Below are positions 62,152 to 64,000 of a stretch of 64,000 nt of DNA, one piece after another (the first letter of the stretch is position 1; the number at the start of each line of letters is the position of its first letter). Origin of the DNA: Camelus ferus. Lineage: Eukaryota. The notes under the pieces were generated by a model. The model saw nothing but the letters and a program-made list of their open reading frames with translations, did not search any database and was not told the origin of the DNA. The stretch spans positions 496,001 to 560,000 of the forward strand of contig NC_045708.1 of NCBI RefSeq assembly GCF_009834535.1. The letters run 5' to 3'. The position numbers and the translations under genes were made by a program.

Positions 62152-64000
62152 TCAGAACTTCAGGCTGAACCCTGGGCCGGCGGCTGAGGCACCCTGGTTG
62201 GTGGTGGTGAGGTGGAAACCCGTCTCCTTCAGGTCGTCGTCACCCTGCAGAGACAGCGGCAGCGTGGGGCCCTGGCTGGGCCAGCCCCACCTCAGGGACC
62301 CCCCGAGCCTTCCCGCCCCGGCCAGCCTGCCCCTCACCAGCTGGCTGTAGCCCAGGCCTCCCTCCGGGGGCCGCGGGCTGGTGCCTCGCTTCACCCTCTG
62401 CTGTTCACTCTTGGCCGGCCACGTGGGGAACATGGAGGGGTCGATGGGGAGGGGGGTCTCTCGGAAATATTCGTGCTTGAGGCCGTCCTCTGCGTTGACC
62501 CTCCGCCCAGGGAAGTAGGTCAGGAACCTGGGAGAACAAGGGCGGTTGGGGCCACCGCGGGGTGGGGCTGGGGGAGGGCCCAGGGACAGGCGACCCCCGC
62601 CCACACGCACTTGTTCATGAGGTCGAAGCCCTGGTCTGAGAGCAGGGCCCCGAAACGCTTGCGGAGATTGTTATATGGGTACTCAGTGAAGGTCATCTTC
62701 TTGACGGCAGGGAGGTCATTGTAGCCAGGCCAGATTTTCTCACTGGGGGTCCCCAGGTCCTAAAAGAGGGGGATGTCTCAAACAGCCAGGCCCGGCAGGG
62801 AGGGGTAGTGGCCTGCAGCGCCCCCACACGGCCTAGTGGGCACCTGCAGGCGGTGCCCCAGACCCACCTTGAACACTTTGTTGATCTGATCGATTTCCGA
62901 CTTCCCAGGAAACAGTGGCTTCTGAGTCAGCAGCTCCCCAAAGATGCAGCCCACCGACCACATGTCCACGGCCGTGGAGTACTCCTGAGAGACCAGGGTG
63001 CACTCAGGGGGCTGGCAGGTCGCCCGGGCCCAGGGCTGGTTCCTGCTCACCCACACTCACCTTGGCGCCCAGCAGCAGCTCTGGGGCGCGGTACCACAGG
63101 GTCACAACAACTGGGGTGTAGGCCTTCAGAGGAGACCCGTACTCCCGTGCCAGCCCGAAGTCCCCCACCTTCAGGGATAAACGGTGGGCTGCAGCTGGGA
63201 GCTGGGCCCTCTGAGCTGGCCTGGGGGCGCTGGCCGAGGATGGGGGCCAGGCAGGGGGCGGGCTCACCTTGAGGGCGGGGGCCGGGCGGGGGCGTGGGCT
63301 CATCTCGAGGACGGGGGCCGGGCGGGGGCGTGGGCTCACCTCGAGGGCGGGGGCCGGGCGGGGGCGTGGGCTCACCTTGAGGATGCCTGCATGGCTCAGC
63401 AGCAGGTTGGATGTCTTGAGGTCGCGGTGCAGGATCCAGTTGTCGTGCAGGTGCTTCACGCCGCGCAGCAGCTGGATCATCAGGGTCTTCACCTCCCCTG
63501 CACGGAGACAGGTCAGCAAGGGCCGGCCCCGTGGGTCACCCAACACCCCAGCAGCCACCAGGCGTCCCAGCCCAGGGCACGGGTACTCTCGCCCACATGG
63601 TACAAAGGGTCAGAGTCGGAGGTCACGCTCCTTCTGCCCCAGGGACGTCACCAGTGGCCCGGGGGAGGGACACCCCTTGGGGTCGGGGTCAGGGCCACAC
63701 TGTAGGACTAAGGCCTGCAGGAGGCCCACCTGGCAGAAACGGCTGCTTCATGGTCTCCATGAGGCTCTTGAGGTCGTGTTCCACGTAGTTCATCACGATG
63801 TAGATCTTGTCCATGTTGCTGCCCACGACTATTTCCTGGGAAACAACCACGGGCCCGGTGACACCGGCGCCCAGGCCAGCCTGCTGCCTGGCTCCCCGGC
63901 TCCCCCTGACACCCGGAGCCCAGCCCTCACCCTGACAGTGACGATGTTGGGGTGCTGTGCCTTGAGGATCGTGTTGATCTCCCGCAGTGACGTGATGGGG
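62152..64000 (-). CDS. CDK11B: cyclin-dependent kinase 11 (CDK11/PITSLRE), last 8 coding exons; 5' part is outside the window
   Basis: Exons >64000-63931 ([23 protein letters not shown]), 63835-63730, 63497-63376 ([10 protein letters not shown]), 63168-63061 (VGDFGLARE...TLWYRAPE), 62984-62868, 62759-62611, 62527-62338, 62244-62152 ([11 protein letters not shown]). All GT-AG with consistent phases. Confidence 0.97.
63260..63382. repeat. 36-bp minisatellite (3 full copies plus a partial) spanning a CDK11 exon/intron junction
   Basis: Unit gggctcacc(t/c)tgagg(g/a)cgggggccgggcgggggcgt starting at 63260, 63296, 63332, with a partial copy at 63368. Confidence 0.95.

Noticed and set aside
58809-64000. 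Evidence for or against the human-type MMP23/CDK11 tandem duplication
   Set aside because: Only one copy of each is visible and the window ends inside CDK11, so copy number cannot be judged.

Overview
GC-rich mammalian sequence. It is probably camelid, based on tRNA-Ala-derived Vic-1-like SINEs. The block is syntenic with human 1p36.33 and runs SSU72(-, exons 1-2 only) / FNDC10(-, single coding exon) / MIB2(+, 18 coding exons) / MMP23(+, 8 exons, two largely inside N gaps) / CDK11(-, last 8 exons, truncated by the window edge). Repeat-dense blocks (L1, LTR/ERV, SINE) lie at ~17.8-21.9 kb and ~30-44 kb, and there are eight N gaps. Most of the short six-frame ORFs are GC-rich noise. I found no wholly new gene system. 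The best leads are: (1) a 36-bp tandem repeat in a CDK11 kinase-domain intron that duplicates the 5' splice site in frame; (2) an apparent +1 frameshift in MIB2 coding exon 8; (3) a minor-spliceosome-like but degenerate SSU72 intron-2 donor with nearby cryptic donors and a poly(A) signal; (4) a strong intronic poly(A) cassette in SSU72 intron 1, suggesting possible autoregulation; (5) a MIB2 5' exon that can give either an in-frame N-terminal extension or a uORF; (6) two orphan CpG-rich promoter-like islands. Gene identities and comparisons with human orthologues come from recalled protein sequences, not from database searches.
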